60,000 nucleotides of DNA from Mobula hypostoma (taxonomy: Eukaryota). Positions within the stretch are counted from its first letter, which is position 1. Every line of letters begins with the position of its first letter. Of this stretch, positions 24,197 through 37,226 are shown in pieces. The stretch spans positions 60,452,001-60,512,000 of the forward strand of contig NC_086108.1 in NCBI RefSeq assembly GCF_963921235.1, in the 5' to 3' direction. Below the pieces are notes generated by a model, which saw only the letters and a program-made list of their open reading frames with translations, did no database searches and was not told the DNA's origin. The translations under genes were made by a program, and so were the position numbers.

Positions 24197-26865
24197 ACTC
24201 CTGGGCCCTCAGAGGCTCCACCTTCCTCTCACCCCAACCCTCCCCTCTCCACTGACACCCCCAGCCTCCCCCCTCCCCCCTCTGATCCCAGCTCTCATCC
24301 GTGCCGGGTCTCTACCATCCCCTCCGACCTTCAACTGTCGGAGGCAGAACGCTCTGTTCTCAGTAAGGGCCTCACGTTTGTCCCCCTTCGCCCACACCTC
24401 AGCGAGTTCCGTGTTCGCCATGATGCGGAACTTTTCTTCCGCCGTCCCCGTCTCCGAGCCTACTTCTTCAGCAAGGACTCTTCCACCCCCACCGATGACC
24501 CCTTCTCCCGTCTTCAACCCTCCTCTTCTTCATGGACACCCCGCTCTGGATCTCTTTATCACCAACTGCCGACGGGACATCAACCATCTCGACTTCACCG
24601 CACCTTGTCCCCATTCCAACCTCACTCCTTCGGAACGCTCTGCTCTCCACTCCCTCCGCACTAATCCTAACCTTATTATTAAACCCGCCGATAAGGGGGG
24701 TGCTGTTGTAGTCTGGCGTACTGACCTCTACTTTGCCGAGGCACAGCGACAACTCGCGGATACCTCCTCTTACTTACCCCTCGATCGTGACCCCACTAAG
24801 GAGCACCAGGCCATTGTCTCCCACACCATCACCGACTTCATCCGCTCAGGGGATCTCCCATCCACTGCTACCACCCGTATAGTTCCCACACCCCGCACTT
24901 CCCGTTTCTGCCTCCTACCCAAGATCCACAAACCTGCCTGTCCTGGCTGACCTATTGTCTCAGCTTGCTCCTGCCCCACCGAACTCGTTTCTGCATACCT
25001 CGACACGGTTTTATCCCCCCTTGTTCAATCCCTTCCTACCTATGTTCGTGACACTTCTCACGCTCTTAAACTTTTCGATGATTTTAAGTTCCCTGGCCCC
25101 CACCGCTTTATTTTCACCATGGATGTCCAGTCCCTATATACTTCCACCCCCATCAGGAAGGTCTCAAAGCTCTACGCTTCTTTTTGGATTCCAGACCTAA
25201 TCAGTTCCCCTCTACCACCACTCTGCTCCGTCTAGCGGAATTAGTCCTTACTCTTAATAATTTCTCCTTTGGCTCCTCCCACTTCCTCCAAACTAAAAGT
25301 GTAGCTATGGGCACCCGTATGGGTCCTAGCTATGCCTGCCTTTTTGTTGGGTTTGTGGAACAATCTATGTTCCGTGCCTATTCTGGTATCTGTCCCCCAC
25401 TTTTCCTTCGCTACATCGACGACTGCATTGGCGCTGCTTCCTGCACGCATGCAAAACTTGTTGACCTTATTAACTTTGCCTCCAACTTTCACCCTGCCCT
25501 CAAGTTTACCTGGTCCATTTCCGACACCTCCCTCCCCTTTCTAGATCTTTCTGTCTCTGTCTCTGGAGACAGCTTATCCACTGATGTCTACTATAAGCCT
25601 ACTGACTCTCACAGCTATCTGGACTATTCCTCTTCTCACCCTGTCTCTTGCAAAAACGCCATCCCCTTCTCGCAATTCCTCCGTCTCCGCCGCATCTGCT
25701 CTCAGGATGAGGCTTTTCATTCTAGGACGAGGGAGATGTCTTCATTTTTTAAAGAAAGGGGCTTCCCTTCCTCCACTATCAACTCTGCTCTTAAACGCAT
25801 CTCCCCCATTTCACGTACATCTGCTCTCACTCCATCCTACCGCCACCCCACTAGGAATAGGGTTCCCCTGGTCCTCACCTACCACCCCACCAGCCTCCGG
25901 GTCCAACATATTATTCTCCGTAACTTCCGCCACCTCCAACGGGATCCCACCACTAAGCACATCTTTCCCTCCCCCCCCTGCATTCCGCAGGGATCGCTCC
26001 CTACGCAACTCCCTTGTCCATTCGTCCCCCCAATCCCTCCCCACTGATCTCCCTCCTGGCACTTATCCGTGTAAGCGGAACAAGTGCTACACATGCCCTT
26101 ACACTTACTCCCTTACCACCATTCAGGGCCCCAAACAGTCCTTCCAGGTGAGGCAACACTTCACCTGTGAGTCAACTGGGGTGATATACTGCGTCCGGTG
26201 CTCCCGATGTAGCCTTTTATATATTGGCGAGACCCGATGCAGACTGGGAGACTGCTTTGCTGAACATCTACGCTCTGTCCGCCAGAGAAAGCAGGATCTC
26301 CCAGTGGCCACACATTTTAATTCCACATCCCATTCCCATTCTGACATGTCTATCCACGGCCTCCTCTACTGTAAAGATGAAGCCACACTCAGGTTGGAGG
26401 AACAACACCTTATATTCCGTCTGGGTAGCCTCCAACCTGATGGCATGAACATCGACTTCTCTAACTTCTGCTAAGGCCCCACCTCCCCCTTGTACCCCAT
26501 CTATTACTTATTTTTATACACACATTCTTTCTCTCACTCTCCTTTTTCTCCCTCTGTCCCTCTGAATATACCTCTTGCCTATCCTCTGGGTCCCCCCCCT
26601 TGTCTTTCTTCCCGGACCTCCTGTCCCATGATCCTCTCGTATCCCCTTTTGCCTATCACCTGTCCAGCTCTTGGCTCTATCCCTCCCCCTCCTGTCTTCT
26701 CCTATCATTTTGGATCTCCCCCTCCCCCTCCTACTTTCAAATCCCTTACTCACTCTTCCTTCAGTTAGTCCTGACGAAGGGTCTCGGCCTGAAATGTCGA
26801 CTGCACCACTTCCTACAGATGCTGCCTGGCCTGCTGCGTTCACCAGCAACTTTGATGTGTGTTGC
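24197..26865 (+). mobile_element. Penelope-like retroelement (Neptune type), frameshifted RT plus GIY-YIG
   Basis: IKPADKGGAVVV, AMGTRMGPSYACLF, YIDD, CKRNKCYTC...HFTC linker, VIYC...YIGET, LQPDGMNIDF. Flanks cgtcttaactca / cgtcttaaccca. Inserted into an LTR. Confidence 0.95.
26767..26802 (+). ncRNA. Minimal hammerhead motif with one C>T change (GAAATGTC)
   Basis: AGTC CTGACGA AGG gtctcgg CCT GAAA TG TC GACT. Confidence 0.75.
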
Positions 26866-27360
26866 GTCTTAACCCAGCCATGTGCTGGAACATTCCGGCA
26901 ATCCCCCGCATGCTCAGTGCTCTGTCCAATCATGTACTGGCACATCATTGCACGTGATATCAGCACATCTTCTTTTCCATAAAAAGAAAAACAATTAACA
27001 ACATTAATCAAAACATATCTATATCAGATAACTGAAACTCTGAAGTTGGCTCTTTCTTAAAGCCTTTGCGATTCTTTCTTAACACCACTCCCTTCTCTGT
27101 TTGGACCATGTATGATCTGGTCTGTGTCCATGTGTTCCTTTTATCTTGTATCCTCACTTTGTCTCCTTGTCCTTCAACCAAACATCTCCTTAGATCAGTC
27201 AATTCATTTTCCACTTCCATTTGTAATGAAATATGAATCTTCTTTTCATAAATCTAATTCATTCATTATCTGTATAATCTCTTTCTTATGCTGAGACTTC
27301 GTAATTTCAATAATACTTCTCAATTCCTTCACTTGTGCTTTCACTTCTTCCTTATACTGT

Positions 27361-30300
27361 TGTTACGTACCCCGTAACTGGGTTGCCAAACCAGCAGAAA
27401 TGGACCACTTAGTTGGAGTCTGGATTACTGGAACTAAGAAAGTTTTATTAAAGAAATAAGTAACACAGTACTCTAATAGTAAGGATATAAATGCAACAGG
27501 TTAGCAATGATAAAATACACATGTACACAGAACTAGGATAATAGGATCAATCAAGCTCTATCACAGTCTAGGAGTAAAATGATCAGTCCCAAGTGACGCA
27601 GAGTTCAGTTCAGCTTAGTACAGTTCGCAGTAATGGCTGTGGTGCCGTTGGAGAGAGAGAGAGAGAGAGCGAATGATGATATGCAAATCGAATTCAGACA
27701 GACCTTGATGTTCCTCCGCAGTTAGTTTTTGGGCGAGCCCTTTTCTGAGGTCACCGACTGTGACCCCTCCATTCTGGATACGATCGTCCTTCCACGGTGA
27801 ACCCGGCACCCAGGCAAGGGCGGACACACACACCAGGTTCCCGCCGATCGTACCTTTTCACCCTGTGCGTCTATAGTCGGTCCCGCGACCAGACCTCCAA
27901 AACTTCTACCAACTTGTGGGGGCATACTGCACTTCCAGGGTCTCGTTATCTCGTGATCTCGTGGTGTCTGTCTTGCCTTAGCGAACTTGTTCCTTTTATC
28001 CCCCTGCTGGGGTATTGCCTGTCCATCAAACTTCAAACAGTTCAGGTTCAAAGCAACCGGTCTGTCAATACTCAGAACTGTGTCTCTTTTCGTTAATCTC
28101 TCTCCTCTCTCATTAACATTTGGAATGTTTCTCTCTTTGTCTCTCTTATCAACATCAATCTTCTGATAACTTGGTCTTTTGTCACACCCCTATCCTTCAA
28201 AGGATTTTTACCGGGTTAAAAATTATAGGCATGAATACATTATTAGATACACACAAATATACATGGTCATCAGCTATTTGGCTAATACCGAGAACTTTAA
28301 ATTATCAACACCTTGACAGGCAGTCAACAATCACTTTTCCATTCCTTTTATAGGTGTTATTTTAATAATCCTCTAAGACCAGGCTCCAATTTAGCAAACT
28401 TCATAGTGGCCAAAAACACTAATGAGTTGTGATCAGTGTAACTTCTCAGTGGTTTCCGCCCCGGACAGAGGTAACAAGGGTCGGCCCACACCAACTTCGC
28501 ATTCTTTTGCAGGAGCTTAGTAAGAGGGAGGGTAATATCCGCAAAGTTTTTGCAAAACTTCCGATAGTACCCCACCATCTCCAAGAACCTTCTCAGGGCT
28601 CTCTTGTCTGTCGGGGTGGGGACTTCAGAGATAGCCCGCACCTTAGCCTGCATCGGTGCCAGCTGCCCCTATCTTCCCACAAATCCCAGATAAGTGATCT
28701 TTCCATGGCTGAATTCACTTTTTGCGAGGTTCACTGTCAGGTTGGCTTCGGACAGCCGTTTAAACAGCTCCTCTACCGCCACAATGTGCTCCTCCCACGT
28801 GTCACTCCAGACCACTAAATCGTCAACATACGCTTCTGCGTTCTTTAGCCCTTTTGTCACTGAATTAATCATCCTATAGGGGTGTTGCTCACTAGGCTGA
28901 CCTGGTGTGACAACAACACCATGTCCCGGCTCTTTGCATCGCCTCGGGACATCCGGACATAGGAGTGCGTGCAGTTTAATTAGCTGTCTTAGTGGGTTGC
29001 TCTGTTTGGGGGTTAAGGGAGAGACCTTTTCAGCAAAGCTGGCCAAAACAACAGACTTCTCTCATCTGGTCGGCGCCATACTTATCTTTTCGCAATGGGT
29101 TTTCCCCTTATCAGGTGGCACCCTAGCCTCATTAATTTTCGTGATAACACCGACTAGGTCTGTTCGCCTATCGTGGCAAGCTGTTAGCATATCAAAAGCC
29201 TGTAACTGTGTCAGCTCACGTCTACAATAGTCAATACCATCCTTCCTCCTGTGCGGCCAGTAAAACTCTTTCATGATTCTACCGACTGTTTTCCTCACCC
29301 CAAAATGTCCACCAAGGGGTGTCTTCTGGGCCAGGTTAAGAATCTCATCCCCATAAATTTTTGGCACCACCCCCCATTCCTCATCTGCGGGCACGGTACT
29401 TGGTCTCCATTTCCTCCTTAGTACTCTCTCCTTCACATAATAGCCCACTGGCTCCCTTTTTAATTCTGCTTCAGAGAGAGCTGTCTCTGCCAAAACCATC
29501 AGCTCCTCGTCTTGTTCCTGTGCCTGTACAAATTCCTTCCTGCCTAATGATAAATATACCTTAATTTCTATTTCACTACGCCCCTTCTTTTCATCTTCTA
29601 ACCCCTCCTGGTACAAGGCTGGTAAAAACGTCTCAGCTAAATCTATATTAGCCTCGGCAGCCTTTCTGGATATGCGCCGAGTCACTGCGCAAACGGGATA
29701 AACCTGTGAGTCCATGGGCGGGGCCTCAGTCCTGGCAGGTTGACTTGTCAATCTTACTGCTGGGTACACCTCTCCGCCCGCGAGGTCATTACCAAGAAAG
29801 ACCTCCACGTCTCCCATCGGTAGTTCGGGCTTCACCCCAATCATGACCGGTCCGGAGACCAAGTCGTTTTTTAGGTGTATCTGGAGCAAAGGTACTGCTT
29901 CAGTCCCTTTTCCAATGCCTTTTATCACCCTGACCTCCCCAGTCTGGGTCTCTGAACTAAAGTCTAACACACTCTTTAATATCAATGACTGACAAGCTCC
30001 AGTGTCTCTCCAGATCCGCATTGGAACTGGGTTTAACCCCTCCTTCACCGACACCAATCCGGGGGAGATAAACCTCTCGCTCCCTCCCTGAACTTTATCA
30101 GACCTCTTCTTCCCTAGCGGTTTGTTTGCCGGCTCAATACAGCCAGTTGGAACCGTCGTTTTCCCTTTCCCTGTCTCCTTCTTTGGGGCAAAGCACCTGG
30201 ACGCAAAGTGTCCAACTTTCCCACAATTATAGCATACGACCCCAGGAGACTTCCTACCAAACTGCTTCCGGTCTACCTTATCCTTCTCACTAGTCCCCGG

Positions 30301-30787
30301 CTTACATTCTAACTTTTCTGGCGGACTCTCTCCGCCGTCCTGACTACCCTTCTGGTAGCCTTTACTCGGGGTAAACTTCGTTTTATGCGTCAACGCGTAC
30401 TCATCCGCTAACTTAGCAGTTGCGGCTAAGGTGTCTACCTCTTTCTCATCAAGGTAGGGTCCCATACCTTCAGGGACACAACCTTTAAACTGCTCAATCA
30501 GCATTAGCTGTAGCAGTCTGTCATAATCCCCATTGACCCCTTTCGAGGCGCACCAATGCTCACAATACATCTGCATCTCACGGACAAACTCCAAATACGT
30601 GCGGCCCCATTGCTTCCTCGCATTCCGGAACCTCTGCCGGTATGCCTCCGGAACCAACTCATAAATCCTGTGTATGGCCTCTTTCACCACATCATACCTC
30701 TGGGCATCTTCTGCGGACAAGGCTGAGTAAGCTTGTTGGGTTTTTCCTTTAAGTACACTCTGAAGCAAAACAGCCCACTTATCCCTC
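27361..30787 (-). mobile_element. Gmr1-like Gypsy element (SCAN-type gag, CCHC, protease, integrase before RT), internally deleted, 5' LTR lost
   Basis: LTR at 27361-28186 (TG..CA) with adjacent PPT. LIEQFKGC...AKLADEY, CYNCGKVGHFASRC, RDTGACQS, GHFGVRKT...FYWP, then AYVDDLVVWS and YTDHNSL downstream. Confidence 0.88.
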
Positions 30788-32497
30788 GTCTGTGAGCAAT
30801 CCAAATTCGCATGTTCAACTACACTTTCTTAACTCAGTAACATACTGTTCAATTGTTTCAGCGGCTCTCTGAAGACATGTGAATAATTTATATCACTCAT
30901 ACAATAAATTACGCTTAGGTATACAAAATACTTCAACTCTGTCCATGATTGACTTTAAATTGAAATTATGTCCATCTCCAAAGACAAAATTTTTATATAC
31001 CTCTACTGCATCATTCCCGATTACATGGAGCAAAAGCGCAGCTTTGGTTTTTTCCGATTTTTCTTCATAATCGATCGCTGATAAATGCAGTTCAGACCGT
31101 TGCTTGAATATCCTCCAATTCTCAGCTACATTGCCAGTCAGCTGAAGTTTTGGTGGAGGTTGTAAACCTTCCATCTTACCGTTTACAGTTCGAACTTTGC
31201 TCTCCTCTTTTTTTTCGATTATCTTCGATTCTCGATTCTCCCGTATTATTCTTTCAGAACCACTTCTGACACCATGTTATGTTACTTCTGTTTAAACATA
31301 CCATAGGTTAACAGTAAAGAATCATCTTCTGGAAGAATTAGAGAACTTTTATTTACAGTAATAAACAAACACATCTTAACCCAGCCACGTGCTGGAACAT
31401 TCTGGCAATCCCACACATACTCAGTGCTCTGTCCAATCATGCACTGGCACATCATTGCAAGTGATATCACCACATCTTCCTTTCCTTGAAAAGAAAAATA
31501 ATTAACAACGATAATCAAAACACATCTATATCAGGTAACTGAAACTCTGAAGTTGGCTCTTCCTTAAAGCCTTTGCGATTCTCTCTTAACACCGCTCCCT
31601 CCTCTGTTTGGATCTCCTCTGTTATGATCTGGTCTGTGTCCATGTGTTCTTTTTATCTTGTATCCTCACTTTGTCTCCTTGTCCTTCAGACAAGTGTCTC
31701 CTTAGTCAGTCAATTCCCACCCTTGTTGTTCTTGCAGACTTTAATTTCATAGAGCTTTGTGAATCAAAGGGTTAGTTGTTGCAAATGACACACCTAGCTC
31801 TAATCTGGCTCTTCTTTATCATTTTCAAGGGGTTGGTTGGGCTGGGTGGATGTATCTTTATTCAGTGACTAAAGCTTCTTCCTCCGTTGATCATTTGCTG
31901 AATGTTCCTTCTGGGAAAGGAATGGTCTGAAAATTTGCATCTTGAAATGGTGGAAGAGCTATTTAAAGAATCGCGTTATCAGCTTTACTATAGTGGAAAA
32001 ATCAATTCCATTAAGAGACTTGATGAATTCCAAGAGGAATAACCAACAAGAGAAAAAAGATGCAAAAAGCATCATTAACTAAATGCTGGGCCTATGACTG
32101 ATAGGAATGAATTTCAATCATTGACCTTAACTTTAAGTGCATATAAATGTATGAGGCACTTACAGGTAATGAAAGTTAAATTAGGTGTGCCGATGCATTT
32201 CTAAATTTGCTGTACAACCTGATGGCTTATCAGGTCTAGTGTGGTCAAAGCAGCCCCTAAAACATCAAAAAATCAACATGTAGAAATCAGGGATTGTTCC
32301 TAAAGAAAGAATATTATGTTTTTTTTTCCAGCTTTTAAGTCGACATCATAAATATTATTAGTGAAGACTGGGGAATATTACCTCATTGTCATCTGGCCAG
32401 GAAGGTAGAGTCATGCATAAAAACTGTAACAGGAGTAATCAGTTGATATACACTTATTTGTCAGATTGACTGAGGTTATTTAATTATATTTCCACAG

Positions 32498-32562
32498 GCT
32501 GTCTGGTTGCATTAAGCATCTACTGCCTCCACAGGAATCCAATGTCCTGGGAAAATCCTGAG
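32498..32562 (+). pseudogene. CYP4 exon 10 equivalent
   Basis: ccacag|GCTGT...CCTGAG|gtaatt, 65 nt; GCLVALSIYCLHRNPMSWENPE. Confidence 0.92.
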
Positions 32563-32965
32563 GTAATTTCCTTTTTCATGTGTAATAATAAAATAATTAA
32601 ATCTGTATCAGTACTCTTACTGCCAAAATTTTCAGCAATGTGTCTAAACAAGTCCCTAAATGCTACTTTCTCTGAGTTCATTTGATTTAATTATCACTTA
32701 TCAATTGTAAATGCAGTGTAATTCAACCTTTGAGATTTTGATATCTTCATTCAAACGTCAAACATTTGTTTGAAGTTTTACATTTACAGTATATGATAGT
32801 ATTAATGCCTCATGTTAGCTTGGGTGTTTAAGAAAATGTACATTAGTCCCTAGATTTTTAAAATTCCCTAAATTCTGGAAAAATTAGATTAGAAAACATT
32901 GCTATTCAAGAAAGGAGTGACAAAGAAGATAGGAACTACAGTCTACTTAGGCTAACACTTGCTCT

Positions 32966-34220
32966 CCATAGAAACCATAGAAACTACAGCACAGAAACAG
33001 GCCTTTTGGCCCTTCTTGGCTGTGCCGAACCATTTTCTGCCTAGTCCCACTGACCTGCACACAGACCATATCCCTCCATACACCTCCCATCCATGTATCT
33101 GTCCAATTTATTCTTAAATGTTAAAAAAGAACCCACATTTACCACCTCGTCTGGCAGCTCATTCCATACTCCCACCGCTCTCTGTGTGAAGAAGCCCCCC
33201 CTAATTTTCCCTTTAAACTTTTCCCCCCTTACCCTTAACCCATCTCCTCTGGTTTTTTTCTCCCCTTGCCTCAGCGGAAAAAGCCTGCTTGCAGTCACTC
33301 TATCTATACCCATCATAATTTTATATACCTCTATCAAATCTCCCCTCATTCTTCTACGCTCCAGGGAATAAAGTCCTAACCTTTTCAACCTTTCTCTGTA
33401 ACTGAGTTTCTCAAGTCCTGGCAACATCCTTGTAAACCTTCTCTGCACTCTTTCAACCTTATTTATATCCTTCCTGTAATTTGGTGACCAAAACTGAACA
33501 CAATACTCCAAATTCGGCCTCGCCAATGCCTTATACAACCTCACCATAACATTCCAGCTCTTATACTCAATACTTTGATTAATAAAGGCCAATGTACCAA
33601 AAGCTCTCTTTACGACCCTATCTACCTGTGACGCTACTTTTAGGGAATTTTGTATCTGTATTCCCAGATCCCTCTGTTCCACTGCACTCCTCAGTGCCTT
33701 ACCATTAACCCTGTATGTTCTACCTTGGTTTGTCCTTCCAACATGCAATACCTCACACTTGTCTGTATTAAACTCCATCTGCCATTTTTCAGCCCATTTT
33801 TCCAGCTGGTCCAAGTCCCTCTGCAGGCTCTGAAAACCTTCCTTACTGTCTACTACACCTCCAATCTTTGTATCATCAGCAAATTTGCTGATCCAATTTA
33901 CCACATTATCATCCAGATCATTGATATAGATGACAAATAACAATGGACCCAGCACTGATCCCTGTGGCACACCACTAGTCACAGGCCTCCACTCAGAGAA
34001 GCAATTCTCTACTACCACTCTTTGGCTTCTTCCATTGAGCCAATGTCTAATCCAATTTACCACCTCTCCATGTATACCTAGCGACTGAATTTTCCTAACT
34101 AACCTCCCATGTGGGACCTTGTCAAAGGCCTTACTGAAGTCCATGTAGACAATATCCACTGCCTTCCCTTCATCCACTTTCCTGGTAACCTCCTCGAAAA
34201 ACTCCAATAGATTGGTCAAA
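32966..34220 (-). mobile_element. Young CR1 LINE 3' part with open RT frame, nested in an older + strand CR1
   Basis: YMDFSKAFDKVPH, GVPQGSVLGPLLF, KFADDTK; (ccatagaaa) tail. Confidence 0.95.
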
Positions 34221-35213
34221 TGCATTCTTAAGGGAATGATAAAAAGAAGATTTAGCAAAATCAGACATGATTAAGCAGTCAAAATATTTTATGAAAGCAA
34301 AATCATGCCTACCAAAATTGTAAGAGTTCTTTGTGAATGTAACCAGGAAGGTTACATCTGGCTTTTTCTTCCACTCAATCATTTAGAAAAAAGTGTATTT
34401 AAGGCAGAAATTGATAGGTTCTTGATTGGACATGGCATCAAAGATTATGGGGAGAAGGCCAGGAACTGGGGTTGAGGAGGATATAGAAAAAAAGGACCAG
34501 CCATGATTGAGTGGCAGACTCAATGGGCCAGATGGCCTAATTCTGCTCCTGTGTCTTATGGTCTAAGGCAGATTAAAAGAAGACAATGGATGCAGCATGA
34601 TTGCATTTTCAAAAGGTGTTTGATAAAGCGCTAGATAAAACATGGCTATACAAGAGTTCAAATGTTTGTGGGTTTAAAAAAAGGATTGGTAACATGAAAA
34701 AAGTAAGGATAAATGGATCATTTTCAGAAAATTATCTATAACCAGTAGAGTGGCAGAGAGTTCAGACAATAGAGACATAAGCAGTTTTATAGTGAGGGCA
34801 GGAAAATGGAGTTTGGAACAAAGATCAGATCACCATTGATCTCATTCGATAGTAAATAAGAGGTGAGGTGTTGAAATGACTTTATCTGCTCCAGTTAATT
34901 ATATTCTTATATTCTTAGATTAAGGTCATAACTTACTGTAGAATTTTATCCAATTCTATACCTGAAAGTGAAAAGAAAACATTATATAATAGTGAATAAA
35001 ATTTGCTGAGTAATCTCCTATGCCTGCATCTGACAGAAATTCCATGCAATATTTGGATACAAAATGGCAGACAAGGACTGATAAAATATAACTGAATCAA
35101 TTTATTTTTATTGATATTTTGCAATTCCAAGGGAGAAGGATTTTTTTGTTGACTGATCACTCCTGGGGAGAGTAACAACGATGTTGAATTTCCTTCATTT
35201 GTACATTTTCCTT

Positions 35214-36326
35214 TAGTAGTAGTAGTAGTAGTAGTAGTCATACTTTATTAATCCCGGGGGAAATTGGTTTTCGTTACAGTTGCTCCATAAATAATAAATA
35301 GTAATAGAACCATAAATAGTTAAATAGTAATATGTAAATTATGCCAGGAAATAAGTCCAGGACCAGCCTATTGGCTCAGGGTGTCTGACCCTCCAAGGGA
35401 GGAGTTGTAAAGTTTGATGGCCACAGGCAGGAATGACTTCCTATGACCCTCAGTGCTGCATCTCAGTGGAATGAGTCTCTGGCTGAATGTACTCCTGTGC
35501 CCAACCAGTACATTATGTAGTGGATGGGAGACATTGACCAAGATGGCATGCAACTTAGACAGCATCCTCTTTTCAGACACCACCGTCAGAGAGTCCAGTT
35601 CCATCCCCGCAACATCACTGGCCTTACAAATGAGTTTGTTGATTCCGTTGGTGTCTGCTACCCTCAGCCTGCTGCCCCAGTACACAACAGCAAACATGAT
35701 AGCACTGGCCACCACAGACTCGTAGAACATCCTCAGCATCGTCCGGCAGATGTTAAAGGACCTCAGTCTCCTCAGGAAATAGAGACGGCTCTGACCCTTC
35801 TTGTAGACAGCCTCAGTGGTCTATGACCAGTCCAGCTTATTGTCAATTTGTATCCCTAGGTAATTGTAATCCTCCACCATGTCCACACTGACCCGCTGGA
35901 TGGAAACAGGGGTCACCGGTACCTTAGTTCTCCTCAGGTCTACCACCAGCTCCTTAGTCTTTTTCACATTAAGCTGCAGATAATTCTGCTCACACCATGT
36001 GACAAAGTTTCCTACCGTAGGCCTGTACTCAGCCTCATCTCCCCTGCTGATGCATCCAACTATGGCAGAGACATCCGAAAACTTATGAAGATGATAAGAC
36101 TCTGTGCAGTAGTTGAAGTCCGAGGTATAAATGGTGAAGAGAAAGGGAGACAAGACAGTCCCCTGTGGAGCCCCAGTGCTGCTGATCACTCTGTCGGACA
36201 CACAGTGTTGCAAGTACACGTACTGTGGTCTGCCAGTCAGGTAATCAAGAATCGATGATACCAGGGAAGCATCCACCTGCATCGCTGTCAGCTTCTCCCC
36301 CAGCAGAGCAGGGCGGATGGTGTTCA
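35214..36326 (-). mobile_element. Rex1/Babar-like LINE with tail expanded into (TAG)n
   Basis: GAPQGTVLSPFLFTIYTSDF, NVKKTKELVVDLRR. Same family as the 2458 and 16561 copies. Confidence 0.9.
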
Positions 36327-36339
36327 TATGAGTTTCCTT

Positions 36340-37070
36340 CATTGGTAAGACTCTTGGAAGTCTGGAGGATCAGAAGGATCTTGGGGTCTGAGTCCATAGG
36401 CACTCAAAGCTGCTGTGCAGGTTGACTCTGTGGTTAAGAACGCATACAGTGCATTGGCCTTCATTAATCGTGGGATTGAGTTTAGGGGCCAAGAGGTAAT
36501 GTTGCAATGACATAGGACCCTGGTCAGACCCCACTTGGAGTACTGTGCTCAGTTCTGGTCGCCTCACTATAGGAAGGATGTGGAAACCATAGAAAGGGTG
36601 CAGAGCAGACTTACAAGGATGTTGCCTGGATTGGGGAGCATGCCTTATGAGAATAGGTTGAGAGCCTTTTTTCCTTGAAGTAACGGAGGATGAGAGATGA
36701 CCTGATAGAGGTGTATAAGATGATGAGAGGCATTGATCATGTGGATAGTCAGAGGCTTTTTCCCAGGGCTGAAATGGCTAGCACGAGAGGGCACAGGTTT
36801 AAGGTGCTTGGGAGTAGGTACAGAGGAGATGTCAGGGGTAAGTTTTTTATGCAGAGAGTGGTGAATGCGTGGAATGGGCTGCCGGCAACGGTGGTGGAGG
36901 TGGATACGATAGGGTCTTTTAAGAGACTTTTGGATAGGTACATGGAGCTTAGAAAAATAGAGGGCTATGGGTAACCCTAGTAATTTCTAAGGTAGGGACA
37001 TGTTCGGCTCAACTTTGTGGGCCGAAGGGCCTGTATTGTGTTGTAGGTTTTCTAAATTTCTATGTTTCTA
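36340..37070 (+). mobile_element. CR1 LINE 3' fragment
   Basis: LVRPHLEYCAQFW-type sequence, MRDDLIEVYKMMRG, (tttctatg) tail. Confidence 0.9.
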
Positions 37071-37226
37071 AATAAATGAACAAGTATAATGTTTTTGTGT
37101 TGTTTATTTAATTGGGTTCCCTTTATCTAGCTTTAGGACTTGTGTGAAGATCTGTTACATTTTAGGTTATATTTGTGCACAAATAGAGAAAATTCTAAAG
37201 GGTTCACAAACTTTCTAGCACCACTG
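37071..37226. mobile_element. Tc1-like right-end fragment
   Basis: Ends ggttcacaaactttctagcaccactg|TA; no matching left end seen. Confidence 0.6.

Larger units (their letters stand above)
24088..31716 (-). mobile_element. Small internally deleted Gypsy-type LTR element with 200-bp LTRs plus part of a second tandem unit; hosts nested Penelope and Gmr1-like elements
   Basis: LTRs TG..CA at 24088-26967 (split by a PLE) and 31275-31474. PBS TGGTGTCAGAAGTGG (tRNA-Leu type) next to 31274; PPT at about 26968. Gag N-terminus MEGLQPPPKLQLTGNVAENW (31174 to about 30788). Integrase tail GDKVRIQD...RSYMVQTEKGVVLRKNRK. 26968-27205 is repeated at 31475-31716. Confidence 0.88.

Noticed and set aside
24948..24950. 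In-frame TGA in the Penelope RT as possible selenocysteine recoding
   Set aside because: It aligns with Arg (PGRPIVS in the 6-7 kb copy), so it is simple CGA>TGA decay; the copy also has frameshifts.
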